From contig NIVC01002660.1 in assembly GCA_002269645.1 (NCBI GenBank), positions 87,744-151,743 of the forward strand: 64,000 nucleotides of DNA, read 5' to 3'. Made by a program: the position numbers and the translations under genes. Positions 20,595-33,600 of this stretch are shown one piece after another. Position 1 is the stretch's first letter, and each line of letters opens with the position of its first letter. The stretch comes from Macrostomum lignano (lineage: Eukaryota). The notes under the pieces were generated by a model that saw only the letters and a list, made by a program, of their open reading frames with translations, was not told where the DNA came from and ran no database searches.

Positions 20595-23500
20595 TCAATC
20601 CAACTCAGTCTCGGCCTTAGCCACCCAGGCCGCAATACTCTGCCTCGATGTCAGAAGCTGCTTAAATCCCCGAGGCAAACACTTGCACGCAGTCAAGTTG
20701 AGTTTAGTTAGCGAGCCGGAGGACGAAGCGATCAACCTGCGCAAGGTGTGGTTTAAGGCGACTGTTATTCTCATGGACATTCTTTGAGAAACAAAGATTC
20801 TCATGGACATTTCTTGAGGAAGAAGATTCTCATGGACATTTCTTGAGGAAGAAGATTTTCATGGACATTTCTTGAAGAAGATTCCCATGGACATTTCTTG
20901 AGGAAGAAGATTCCCATGGACATTTCTTGAGGAAGAAGATTCTCATGGACATTTCTTGAAGAAGATTCCCATGGACATTTCTTGAGGAAGAAGATTCCCA
21001 CGGACATTTCTTGAAGAAGAAGATTCTCATGGACATTCTTTGAGAAACAAAGATTCTCATGGACATTTCTTGAGGAAGAAGATTCTCATGGACATTTCTT
21101 GAGGAAGAAGATTTTCATGGACATTTCTTGAAGAAGATTCCCATGGACATTTCTTGAGGAAGAAGATTCCCATGGACATTTCTTGAGGAAGAAGATTTTC
21201 ATGGACATTTCTTGAGGAAGAAGATTTTCATGGACATTTCTTGAGGAAGAAGATTCTCATGGACATTTCTTGAGGAAGAAGATTTTCATGGACATTTCTT
21301 GAAGAAGATTCCCATGGACATTTCTTGAGGAAGAAGATTCCCATGGACATTTCTTGAGGAAGAAGATTCTCATGGACATTTCTTGAAGAAGATTCCCATG
21401 GACATTTCTTGAGGAAGAAGATTCCCACGGACATTTCTTGAAGAAGAAGATTCTTATGGACATTTCTTGAGAAACAAAGATTCCCATGGACATTTCTTGA
21501 GGAAGAAGATTCCCATGGACATTTCTTGAGGAAGAAGATTCCCATGGACACTTCTTGGGGAAGAAGATTCCCATGGACATTTCTTGGGGAAGAAGATTCC
21601 CATGAACATTTCTTGAGGAAGAAGATTCTCATGGGCATTTTTGAGAAAGAAGATTTTCATGGAACATTTATTGAGGAAGAAGATTCTTATGGACATTTAT
21701 TGAGGAAGAAGATTCTTATGGACATTTCTTGAGGAAGAAGATTCTTATGGACATTTCTTGAGGAAGAAGATTCTCATGGGCATTCTTGAGAAAGAAGATT
21801 TTCATGGACATTTATTGAGGAAGAAGATTCTCATGGACATTTATTGAGGAAGAAGATTCTTATGGACATTTCTTGAGGAAGAAGATTCTTATGGACATTT
21901 ATTGAGGAAGAAGATTCTCATGGACATTTATTGAGGAAGAAGATTCTTATGGACATTTCTTGAGGAAGAAGATTCTTATGGACATTTCTTGAGGAAGAAG
22001 ATTCTCATGGGCATTCTTGAGAAAGAAGATTTTCATGGACATTTATTGAGGAAGAAGATTCTCATGGACATTGCAATTAATGCTGCAAATCTAGAATGGG
22101 GTGGCTAGACTAAAGCCTAAATTAAGAATGAGCAGCAAACAAGCATGCATGAGGAAATGCATTCACACCTGACAGCTGGCAGCAGGACCCCTGTCCCAGT
22201 GAGATTAAGCTCGTTAAGGCTGGGCAGCGAAGCCAGAGCCGCCGCAAGCCGGTCGCCACCGCCGGGCAAGCTGAAAATCGAACTGGCAGTGAAATCAGCT
22301 TCATCAAGCAGAGGCAGCTGGCCAGACTCCATTAGCAACAATAGCGGAGCCAGCGTGTCAGCTTCATCAGCATTAGTGCAATGAGATACTGCAAGACGTC
22401 GTAGGCCTTTAAATCCTTGAATCGATGATTTTTCACCGGTGTCATCGACTTCGGCTTGCAAAGCCGACGACAAATCGTCCACTAGATCGAAGTCGGTGGC
22501 CACGATGCTCAGGCTGGAGAGACTGGGCAGAGCAGCTGAGCTCACAGTGAGGCGGAATGGGCTGGGCAACTCCTGAGGATAATTGAGTTCGATTGATAAT
22601 CTCGATCAGAATTTCGATTGGGGATCTGGCTCATTACAGATTGGGGATCTGGCTAATTACAGATTGGGGATCTGGCTCATTACAGATTGGGGATCTGGCT
22701 CATTACAGATTGGGGATCTGGCTCATTACAGATTGGGGATCTGGCTCAATACAGATTGGGGATCTGGCTCATTACAGATTGGGGATCTGGCTCATTACAG
22801 ATTGGGGATCTAGCTCATTACAGATTGGGGATCTAGCTCATTACAGATTGGGGATCTGGCTAATTACAGATTGGGGATCTCGCTCAATACAGATTGGGGA
22901 TCTGGCTCATTACAGATTGGGGATCTGGCTCAATACAGATTGGGAATCTGGCTCATTACAGATTGGGGATCTGGCTCATTACAGATTGGGGATCTGGCTC
23001 ATTACAGATTGGGGATCTGGCTCATTACAGATTGGGGATCTGGCTAATTACAGATTGGGATCTGGCTCAATACAGATTGGGGATCTGGCTCATTACAGAT
23101 TGGGGATCTGGCTCAATACAGATTGGGATCTGGCTCAATACAGATTGGGGATCTGGCTCAATACAGATTGGGATCTGGCTCATTACAGATTGGGGATCTG
23201 GCTCATTACAGATTGGGGATCTGGCTCAATACAGATTGGGATCTGGCTCAATACAGATTGGGGATCTGGCTCAATACAGATTGGGGATCTGGCTCATCTG
23301 GACTATACCAACACACCTGCACCAAGAGATGCCGTAACTGACTCAGCCGACAGTCGGGCCACACAAACGGCAGTCCGCCAGCCAGCGGCAGATTCGCTAA
23401 TTCAAGCTGACGCAAATTCGGTGCACTGGCCGCCAGAGCGGAGACGTCCAGGGCGGAGTCTCGCAGGCTGCTGGAGCGCAAGTTGGCGAGTCGCAGACGA

Positions 23501-25976
23501 TGAAGCCGAGACAGCGCACCGGGCTTAGCGGTCAGGCCGCTTAGTAACAAGCCGAAACCGACTATTTCACCTTCCAACGAATCGATTGACAGGTCGACAA
23601 GGCTGTCGGAGTGACGCTGAAGCAGCTGGGTGAACAGTTGGCCGTGCGCCAGTCGATGAGGCAGGCGGCGCAGGGACAGGCGGCTGAGGCGGCGGCAGCG
23701 GTCAGACAGGCAGGTGAGTGTGCGACCCGACAGGTGGTCCGAACCGGCGAGAGACACCTGGCGGGTTGCGGCATTGTCATTGGATTGTCATTGGTCAGAC
23801 TGGGGCGAGTTTCCCACGGTGGTTGAGGGCGATTCTTGCGGGTTGAGGCGATTCTTGAGGGTTCGGGGCGATTCTTGAGGGTTGGGGGCGCTTTTTGAGG
23901 GTTGGGGCGATTCTAAAGGGTTGGGAGCGATTTTAAAGGGTTTGGGGCGATTCGTGAGGGTTGGGGTGATTCTTGAGGATTGGGGGCGATTCTTGAGGGT
24001 TGGGGGCGCTTTTTGAGGGTTGGGGGCGCTTTTTGAGGGTTGTGAGCGATTCTTGAGGGTTGGGAGCGATTCTTGAGGGTTGGGGTGCTTTTTGAGGGTT
24101 GGGAGCGATTCTAAAGGGTTTGGGACGATTCTTGAGGGTTGGAGGCGATTCGTGAGGGTTGGGGCGATTCGTGAGGGTTGGGGTGATTCTTGAGGATTGG
24201 GGGCGATTCTTGAGGATTGGGGGCGATTCTTGAGGATTGGGAACGATTCTTGAGGGTTGGGGGCGATTCTTGAGGATTGGGAACGATTCTTGAGGGTTGG
24301 GAGCGATTCTGAAGGGTTTGAGGCGATTCTTGAGGGTTGGGGCGCCTTTTGAGGGTTGGGAGCGATTCTTGAGGGTTGGGGGCGCTTTTTGAGGGTTGGA
24401 GCGATTCTAAAGGGTTGGGAGCGATTTTAAAGGGTTTGGGGCGATTCGTGAGGGTTGGGGTGATTCTTGAGGATTGGGGGCGATTCTTGAGGGTTGGGGG
24501 CGCTTTTTGAGGGTTGGGGCGCTTTTTGAGGGTTGGGAGGGATTCTAAAGGGTTTGGGGCGATTCTTGAGGGTTGGGAGCGATTCTTGAGGGTTGGGGGC
24601 GCTTTTTGAGGGTTGGAGCGATTCTTGAGGGTTGGGCGATTCTTGAGGGTTGGGGGCGATTCTTGACGGTTGGGGCGATTCTTGACGGTTGGGGCGATTC
24701 TTGGGGATTGGGGGTGATTCCTGAGGGTTCGGGCGATTATTGAGGACTGTGGGCGATTCTTGAGGATTGAAATGATTCTAAGGGTTAGGGGCGATTCGTG
24801 AGGGTTGGGCTGACGGATAAAGAACTGTTTAAACTACAGAGTGACTTAAAAATGATTCACCTCGCTCAAAGTGTCTCCATACTTGTCGCAAATAGCTTCG
24901 ACATCTTTATCCCTCAGTGTTTTCCAGTTCTCCAAATTGATGGAGCTCAGAGCCGGGAACCTGGGCAGTGCCATTGAGTGCAGCTGAGCTGTGCTTAACT
25001 TCCGATTCAAACGAGAGAAATCGGCATTGCGCCACAGAGCAGTCGAATAGCAGCGAGGCGATTCGACGGTAATAAAATGACGCAATCGTTGGCACACCTG
25101 AGACAGGCTGGCTGCCAGGCTGAGCATGCCGGTCTGGGAGGCGGCGAATTCGACTATTCGAAGCAGAACGTCGGTTGGCAAAGTGTCCAAGCTGACTGAG
25201 CGACAACCGGCGTTATTGTCGGCTGGGTCGGCGGCGACTGCTGACTTTCTAGTTCTATGGTTGAATGTTGAATATGGATTGTTATAAGGTGGAGCTTTGG
25301 GGAATATAAGGTGGAGCTTTGAGGATTTAAAGATGGAGCTTTGGCGATTTTAAGGAAGAGTTTTGGGGATTTTAAGCTATAGGGATTTTAAGGTGGAGCT
25401 TTGGGGGAAATAAGATAGAGCTTTGGGGAATATAAGATAGAGCTTTGGGGAATATAATGTGGAGCTCTGGGGAATATAAGGTGGTGCTTTGGGGAATATA
25501 AGGTGGAGCTTTGGGGAATATAAGGTGGAGCTTTGGGGAAAATAAGGTGCTGCTTTGAGGATTTAAAGATAGAGCTTTGGCGATTTTAAGGAAGAGTTTT
25601 GGGGATTTTTTAAGATAAAGCTATGGAATTTTAAAGGAACTTCCCCTGACAACATTGAAAATAATTTCAAACTAATTAAAGCTCTGAAAGCTTAAAGAAC
25701 TCACAGTCTTCTGTCGGAGGCCTTTGACTTTGAAACTCTCTTTGCAGTAGAAGTTTTTCTTCGCTTTTTAGCAGCAGCAGCGGCAGCAGCCCGCTTAATC
25801 CTAGCCAGCTTAGCAACTGGCGATCGAAGCTCCTCAGAGTCGGGAGAAAAATCTGGATCCAGATCCAAGTCATCATCGCTGCTGCTGCTGTCGACGCCAG
25901 TTGAGTGCCTGCCCGGCTCGTCGCAACGCCGCTTGCGACCAATGCCGCGCATCACGGATGACATCAGACGGTTCAT
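20595..25976 (-). CDS. FBXL6: F-box/leucine-rich repeat protein, FBXL6-like (5 exons)
   Basis: Exons 25976-25705, 25248-24861, 23757-23317, 22572-22169 and 20736-20595, all GT-AG and phase-compatible. F-box LPTDVLLRIVEF..LSQVCQRL..ALWRNADFS, then LRRs. The C-terminal LNLTACKCLPRGFK resembles vertebrate FBXL6 LNLESCRCLPRGLK as I recall it. Confidence 0.85.
20765..22070. repeat. 29-bp minisatellite (TTCTCATGGACATTTCTTGAGGAAGAAGA)n filling FBXL6 intron 4
   Basis: Tandem copies, some lacking a few bases. Confidence 0.96.
22615..23298. repeat. 23-bp minisatellite (GATTGGGGATCTGGCTCATTACA)n filling FBXL6 intron 3
   Basis: About 30 tandem copies. Confidence 0.96.
23825..24810. repeat. ~20-bp G-rich minisatellite (GAGGGTTGGGGGCGATTCTT)n filling FBXL6 intron 2
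   Basis: Degenerate tandem copies with G-runs. Confidence 0.94.
25285..25640. repeat. ~22-bp minisatellite (TGGGGAATATAAGGTGGAGCTT)n in FBXL6 intron 1
   Basis: Tandem degenerate copies. Confidence 0.9.
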
Positions 25977-26221
25977 GGCGATGCTTCAATTTGGCCGATA
26001 TCTGGCTCTCTAATCTCTCAGACTCAGGCTGCAAATATGAGTTGAGACTAGCTCTATATATAGCCATGCATTAGCTGCATATTCTATTGCATAATAACTG
26101 CAATAATGGTGAAATTTGGTTACCAAGACAACCATGAAAACAAGTTAATCTGGATTGCACAATATTACACACTAGTTGTGCCTAAAAATAGAACCCAAAA
26201 GTATTAAAACTTGTTTAGTTA

Positions 26222-26520
26222 AGGGGGTTGTAGTCTAGTGGCTAGAGCGTTATACTCACAACTTGAAGGTCAGGGGTTCGATTCCCGATCCTACTGGAAC
26301 AATTTGTGTCGTTGGGCAAGACACTTGACTCTGCATTGCTTCAGTTCATGTAGCTGTAAAATGGGTGCCAGCATTAGCTGGGGTAATTGAGGGTGTGTTT
26401 GGCGACCCCCCCCCCAGTCCTTGGACTGAGAGTGGTACGCAGCCTTCAGATGCACCATGCAATAGCTGCAGCTGAGCTGTTGGTTGCACAGCTGCCCATT
26501 AGGGCAGCTGTAATAAATAA
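26222..26520 (+). mobile_element. tRNA-derived SINE with a CORE-like central domain, copy 1
   Basis: Pol III A-box TAGTCTAGTGG at 26231 and B-box GGTTCGATTCC at ~26275. These are followed by GTGTCGTTGGGCAAGACACTTGAC..CTTCAGTT..CTGTAAAATGGG (MIR/CORE-like) and a (TAA)-rich tail. A second copy lies at 50350-50610. Confidence 0.85.
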
Positions 26521-27151
26521 TTAATATTATTACTTAAAGTGGCAACAATATTTTTTCAAGCTTATTCAATACAAGATTGTTAGTGCATTAAATTATTATT
26601 ACTTATGCTTTAATAATTAAAAATATACTAAATATCTATATATACTACTAAAAATGTCTTTGGGACAAAGAGTAAGTTAGGCAAATGACTCCTTTCTAAA
26701 GATGTGCTAATTCAAAAATATATACATACAAAATTAATCATCTAAAATTATATCTCTGAACAATGAAAACTGTCAACAAAAATGTTGCAGTCTATTTAAA
26801 CAAGTTTACAAGTTTAAACAATTATATAAAAAATTAAGGTCTTTTTAATATTTTTCATTAGAAACTTAAAAATAATAATATGATTAAAAATTGGCTTTGT
26901 ACATTACATTATACATATTGATCTAGACTAGGCCTAAGAATTTTTGTAAATTATTTTTAAGTTCCTTAAAATGCTAATAAATAAAATAATATAAGAATCA
27001 CAAACTATATAAGTTATACCTGTCAAAACATTGATTTTAGACCCAGGCTAAAACCTATTAGAATTACCAAAAATTTCTTAAAATTTAATATAATTTTATT
27101 ATTGATGTGATCATTGACATTATTTGAAACCAATCAATAAGCTCTTTTAGT

Positions 27152-27798
27152 CCATAGTGCGGAAGGATTTTTGTATACGACAGAAGGTAATTTTCATTTC
27201 GGCCTGTTGTACGACAGTACAACAGGGATTGGAAAATGGTACTAGTGTTGTACGAAAGAGTTAGAGTTTAAGGAAGTGCTGTACGACAAAAATAGTGGCA
27301 CTTACATATGTGGGTAGGTGCGGGAAATTCTTGATAATGCGTTTTTTTATATGCAAAGTAAAACAACAGATATATTGTACTTTTCTGCTTGCAATGTCAA
27401 GTATAGTTTTGCGCCAATAAAATTGAATTTAAGAGTTTGTACGAATATAATACTGATAATTTAAATTACCCTTTGAGTGGAAAAGTGCAACTATTGAATT
27501 TTTACTTCTTTGCTTCAATGCAATACGTTAACAACGACATTATGAGTTAGTTACGAGACTACGAGTATCTGGTACTGGTGTCCGATTGTCCATCAAAGGA
27601 ATACTAACTATGTCTATACTTCACGTATAAGTCGTATGACATTGACAAGTGTATAACAGACAGACATGTAACATGTTTACATGTACGACAGTGTACGACA
27701 TAGCGCCCCCCAAAAATTAGCGATGTACGACATCTACGACAGGCGATCCCTGTGTACGACGGAGATTTCTAGTGTATACCCATCCTTCCGCACTATGG
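27152..27798. mobile_element. MITE, ~650 bp, with a perfect 17-bp TIR and subterminal GTACGAC repeats
   Basis: CCATAGTGCGGAAGGAT (27152-27168) and ATCCTTCCGCACTATGG (27782-27798). About ten TACGA(C/A) motifs cluster near both ends. Confidence 0.85.
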
Positions 27799-29140
27799 CT
27801 ATTAGTTTCATCTTACAATTATCTACATATAAATTCACTATTTAAATGATTTTATAACAAAATTGAATATAAGCTATACTCTATAGTATATTCCTAACAA
27901 AACATAAGATTTGGTGCTATGATAAAAGCTTAAAAGTGGTCCTATTTTAAAGTTTGGTTATAAGACTAATTTTAACTTATAATTTTATTATCCTCTAAAG
28001 GGGATCATATATCAAAAGTCCCAACTCCCATAGGCCTATGGAAAGTACTATGTGATCTATAATCATAAAAAAAGAATATTGATCTATTGATAATGATATA
28101 TAATTTTTTCTTAATTAGCGTTATTTTTTAATTAGACCCCTAATCTCTATATGATTACAGAATATAAGCCTAAGAAATTTTGTTCCTTTCTTATAGTTTA
28201 TAGGGAGGGCTAGCTCTATTTGCTTTTTTTCTAGGCCTAGGCCTATATAATGTAGGCCCTAATTAGATTGCAAAGCTAGGCCTATTCTATTCATTTGCAA
28301 AATCTAGGCCTACTTTTTTATTTGTCTTTTGCATGTATAGACCCTAGCATATATTATAGGCCTATTCTCTAGCAAGTTACATGACCCTTTCTTGCCTTAG
28401 GCCTAGCATTACTGAAGTTTCTACCTATACGACTATACCTGACACTAGGGCCTAGCTAACTGATCTATAGGCCTATGAGGGATGAGGCCTAGTGCCAGGA
28501 ATAAATACATATCAACTAGGCCTAGCATCAACTTCTGAGGGACAAAACAGTACATATTAAATGTCTTAGATTTGAAGCAACTCAGTATGGTACATAGCCA
28601 TATACAGTAGGCATATAAACAAAATAAACTGATGATTACAATTTACATGATAGGCTGAAATTGTTACATTGATAGGCTTAGCTAAGCACCTTTCATTTAA
28701 ATAACGTGAATTTGTATAAGATTGTGTTGTGCTAGTGAAACCTCTTACACTAAACATTAAAAATAATAAGTAACAAAAATTAGAGAGATGGTGCATACGA
28801 TGCAAGATATTTCAATAAGCCTCACACTGTCGTCGCTGAGAGCGCTATCGTCAGATTGTTTCGTAGAAGTTTCAAGAGGTTTCATTTCGAACAAATTACA
28901 ATCTTATGAATAATCGTTTTTTCGGGCCACAAAGAGGAGATTTAAAAAAATTCAATGACTTGATAGTTCTAGTTTTTATAGTTTCAAGCCTACATGTATA
29001 AAGTATATTTTTTTTGATCTGCAAAAAATCAGCAGGGTAAATTAAATAATTCACTTTTTGCTTTACGGAATGTCATCCGACAACGTCACGACCTCACAAT
29101 CTGTCTGCACAATAGAAACACTTTCATTGAATCAGAGTAG

Positions 29141-29370
29141 CAGGGGCGGCTGCCATGGATTTTATGGGGGGGAGCAAAGAATTCTACATGCAGTGCATGT
29201 ATACAGCTGTACATATTTTTTTTAGAATCGGTGTTGTGCGGGATCATTTTTGGAGTTTAAATGCAGTCATGCATGCAAGTTTCTTTTGGGCCCCGCGTCA
29301 CTCATTTTGGCGCCGCAGGCACTGACTTAAGTGACGCAGGCACTTATTTTTAACGCCGCAGAATTTTTGC
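29141..29370. mobile_element. Fragment (one end) of an hAT-type MITE related to the 59236-59619 element
   Basis: CAGGGGCGGCTGCCATGGATTTTATGGGGGG matches the reverse complement of the right end of 59236-59619. CTCATTTTGGCGCCGCAGGCAC matches its internal motif. Confidence 0.65.
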
Positions 29371-30604
29371 AATTTGTATGCTACATCGCATGTACAAGCT
29401 ACATTACGGATCGGATATTTTTTCTTGATCCTCAGTTAATTTCACGAGAAGTCAGCCGTGTAATGAATTATTAAACAATCGTTTTTTTACTTACGACCAG
29501 TAAATTATCGCATCGTCTGAATTTTTATATCAGCAGCGAACCTCGACTCTTTAGCAATTATATAACTGAAGTTTTTTCTAAGCGGCTTGGATATATTCGA
29601 CCGATATCAAATCTGCAGTTTATTGCCAAACCCCTACCCCTTGAGCGTTTTCTAGAGCATACGGTAAACATACGTTTCTTACAGGCCTTAAATTTTCTGT
29701 TTATTAGTTAGAAAAATTATAAAACCTACTAATCTGCCGCGTTTGTTATTTAGCTTTTTAATCTAATAGTTTTATTTCATTCCGTGAGATGCCTATTATA
29801 ACAATTTTAGTAGCTGTTGCTTTTAAAATTTTATGATAAGTTTCTATTTGTTAAAAGTTTATCCGTTTATTTCTAAAACAAAAAAAATTATTTTACACAT
29901 ATGCTTTTACTGAGAATACTTTTCTTTACCTTAGCATTTAGGAAATTCGTGCGTTCTTCGTTTTGGCTAAAATTTCAACAAACTTTTGATTCACATTCAG
30001 TTTTTGTCTTAAGTTGTTTACACATTAGTATAATTGATCATTGATCCTACTTGAATTTCAAATATTTATACTAGTTTCGGAAAATAATAATGAAGTGATT
30101 CATTTGAAGGCCTTAAGGACATAAAGGAGGGACATAAATATATCTTAAGGGCTTTAAATTTACTTCAATTAAGAAAAATAGAATTGTGAATAATACGAGG
30201 CAGTATTTTTATTGGCATTGCATGCTGCATCATTTTTAACAAATAACCTGAAATTTGTATTTTCATGTTAAATGGTGTACCGTTTATATTTATTTCAAAG
30301 AAGTTTTTAATGTGTGTTGATTATAAGACTGATAAGTAATTTCTATTGAAATTAGCATAATACTTGTAGTACTTATAGTTTTTGTCGACTTTCATACTTT
30401 TAGCAGAAAACCATGGCTTATTTCTTATTTCTGTTAGTATAATTAGACTTACCCTTTGTTTAATTTACTTTTTAGGAATATTTTGATAGTTTAAAATAAC
30501 TATAACATAGAACAAAATATAACTTGACAATAAATAATAAAAAAAACTTCAGCATGTCAACTGCAAAAATCTAGCTCGACTTTTAATCAAGAATCTTTGG
30601 AAGA

Positions 30605-33600
30605 ATGCCACTACTTCACTTGCCAGTAGTGCACAAGTTTGGGATTATATCCCATAGTCGCCGACTTGAACTACAAGAAAGACTGCTTCAGGCGGCTCTA
30701 CACGATGGCAAAGAGAAGGAAGGATTTCAATCGAAGAAGTAAAAGCCCAGTTTATCCTCAACACTAAAATAGGACTTAATCAAGACTATTAATTCACTAA
30801 TCCACTTTTTTTCTCAACCAATCTGTCAGGAATCCGTTCGAGGTCACCGACGCTTTTATTAAAAAGTATAATTCTGCCCAGTCGGCCACTGAGAAGGCCG
30901 CGTGCGAGGCCGAGGCTCAGCGCCTGCTGGCTCGAGTCCGTCGCCGGGCGGGACTTCGCGACGGCGGCGTCGGGCAGCACGTAAACTTGCCTTTCGCTTG
31001 GACTGAACTGGTCTTTCTGTCCCACTGTCGGGGCCGCGTGCATCAGGGTGCGCATGCACTTTGCTTCAGTACACATGTACTTTATTGTTAACTATATGCT
31101 AGTGTTACCAAAACTTCCATAAGTTAGATTTATTACGTTATTTATTTATTATTAGATTAGATTTTATTATTAGATTTAAGACAAAAGAATACGCAGATCG
31201 AGAGGCGGTCATGGAGGGACAGTGGACAGCTAATCGCGCCCTTATTCTCAGATCAGATGCTCATTCTCAGAGATCTTCATTCTCAGAAATCCTCATTCTC
31301 AGTTCAGATTCCTCATTTTCAGATCTGATCCTCATTCCCAGAGATTCCCATTCTCAGAGATCCTCATTCTCAGAGATCCTCATTCTCAGAGATCCTCATT
31401 CTCAGATCAGATGCTCATTCTCAGATATCCTCATTCTCAGATCAGATTCCTCATTCTCAGATCAGATCCTCATTCCCAGAGATCCCCATTCTCAGATCAG
31501 ATCCCCATTCTCAGAAATCCTCATTCTCAGAAATCCTCATTCTCAGAAATCCTCATTCTCAGATCAGATCTCCATTCTCAGATCAGATCTCCATTCTCAG
31601 ATCAGATCTCCATTCTCTGATCAGATGTTCATCCTCAGATCAGATCTCCATTCTCAGAAATCCCCATTCTCAGATCAGATCTCCATTCTCAGATCAAATC
31701 CCCATTCTCTGATCAGATGTTCATCCTCAGAGAACCTCATTCTGCCATTTCACAGACGCTCTAGACACGCTGGTGATCTCGCTGGAGCAGGCTCCCGTAG
31801 GCTACTACCAGATTCCAGCCCTGTTCTACATCGCCGAGACTGTGCTCTACTGGCTCCAGTCTGAGTCGCCAGCCTCTGACGCACTCCGAAGCGCCGAAGT
31901 GAAGAGTCTCCGCGTCGGGCAGGCGACCTTCCTGCGCCTGTTCTACCACCACATGACCGGCCAGCTCAGGAGGCACACCGAGAGCCGCTCCCGCCTGGCC
32001 CTCTACCTGAAGGATTTCTCCCAGCTGGCGCACCTGTACGCCGCCTATCCCGACGTCGCCTTCTGTCACAGCTTCATCGTTGCTGTCGGCAAAGTGATCG
32101 CCGGTCAGGTTAGCGACGACGATAAGAAAGTCGATGAAACTGATGAAGCGGCGGAGGCTGAGCCTGGTGCTGGCGGGCCGGCGGCTTCATCAGAACTGCG
32201 GTCGCTGGTGACTGCCGAGGTGCACGAGCTCAGCCCGCTGCTATGGCACGCTCTGGACGTCTGGCGATGCGCCAGACACCTCGGCGGAGATCTTGAAGGA
32301 GCTCTAGACGGCCTGCTTGAGTGCAGCGTCGGGATGGCGCAGCAGGGCAACTGGTGAGCTGACTAACTGACTGACTGACTGACTGACTGACTGACTGACT
32401 GACTCACTGACTGACTGACTCACTGACTGACTGACTGATTGACTGACTTTAAAAGTACATCTGAAAGTAAATGCAAAAAGTACATTGTCCACTCAGGATT
32501 GACACCTACCTGGCTTTGCTAATTGTTGGGAACGCAGCTTGCGAAGACGTCGAGTGCCTGAAGGCGTTTCAAGAGCTCGGCGCCGACCGCGAGATAGTTA
32601 TCAACGAGAACAATCAGTTTGGTGAGCAAAGCCGCCCTCTAACAGTCAGTGCATTCTGACAGAATCCTTCCTTCATCGAGCCAGACAATTTTGAACCATT
32701 CCAGACTCGGAGCAGCGCCGAGACTCGAAGACCACCGCGGCCACGACCGCTGACAGTCGCCGTAGCACCACCGGAGCCCCAGTGGAAACCGAGGAGGACG
32801 CCAGCGTTGCCACGACAACATTTCCTGCATTAAGTAACCGTAGCAACGCTGCCGCCGGAGAGCTGCGGGAGGACTCCGCAGCCAGCGAGCCGCTAATCCA
32901 GCGTCGAGCCGCCGGTCGATACGCCGTCGGCATGGCAACCTGGCCCTGGGAGCTCGCCGTTGGCTTTGTGCACCAACTGACCCACGTCTGCCTGGACGGC
33001 CAGTCGAGCTCCGGGCGACAGCTGGCGCTGACTGGCGACCCGGCCTGCTCGCTGACCGCCCTGGCACTGCGGAGCATCGACACGGATCATGACGCCGCGG
33101 CTGAGGACACCTGCTGGCAAATTCGCTACCTGGCGCTGCAGGGACTCGACATTGTTGCCAAGGTGACCGGCGCCGCTGGGATATCAGACCCGATCCCCCC
33201 AAATCCCTCACTGCTGTCTCAGACCCGATCCCCCCAAATCCCTCACTGCTGTCTCAGACCCGATCCCCCCAATCCCTCACTGCTATCTCAGACCCGATCC
33301 CCCCAAATCCCTCACTGCTATCTCAGACCCGATCCCCCCTAATCCCTCACTGTTATCTCAGACCCGATTCCCCCAAATCCCTCACTGCTGTCTCAGACCC
33401 GATCCCCCCAATCCCTCACTGCTATCTCAGACCCGATCCCCCCAAATCCCTCACTGCTATCTCAGACCCGATCCCCCCTAATCCCTCACTGTTATCTCAG
33501 ACCCGATTCCCCCAAATCCCTCACTGCTATCTCAGACCCGATCCCCCCAAATCCCTCACTGCTATCTCAGACCCGATCCCCCCTAATCCCTCACTGTTAT

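Noticed and set aside
26222-26300. tRNA gene
   Set aside because: A and B boxes are present, but the acceptor and anticodon stems do not pair well, and the sequence continues into a SINE body that has a second copy.
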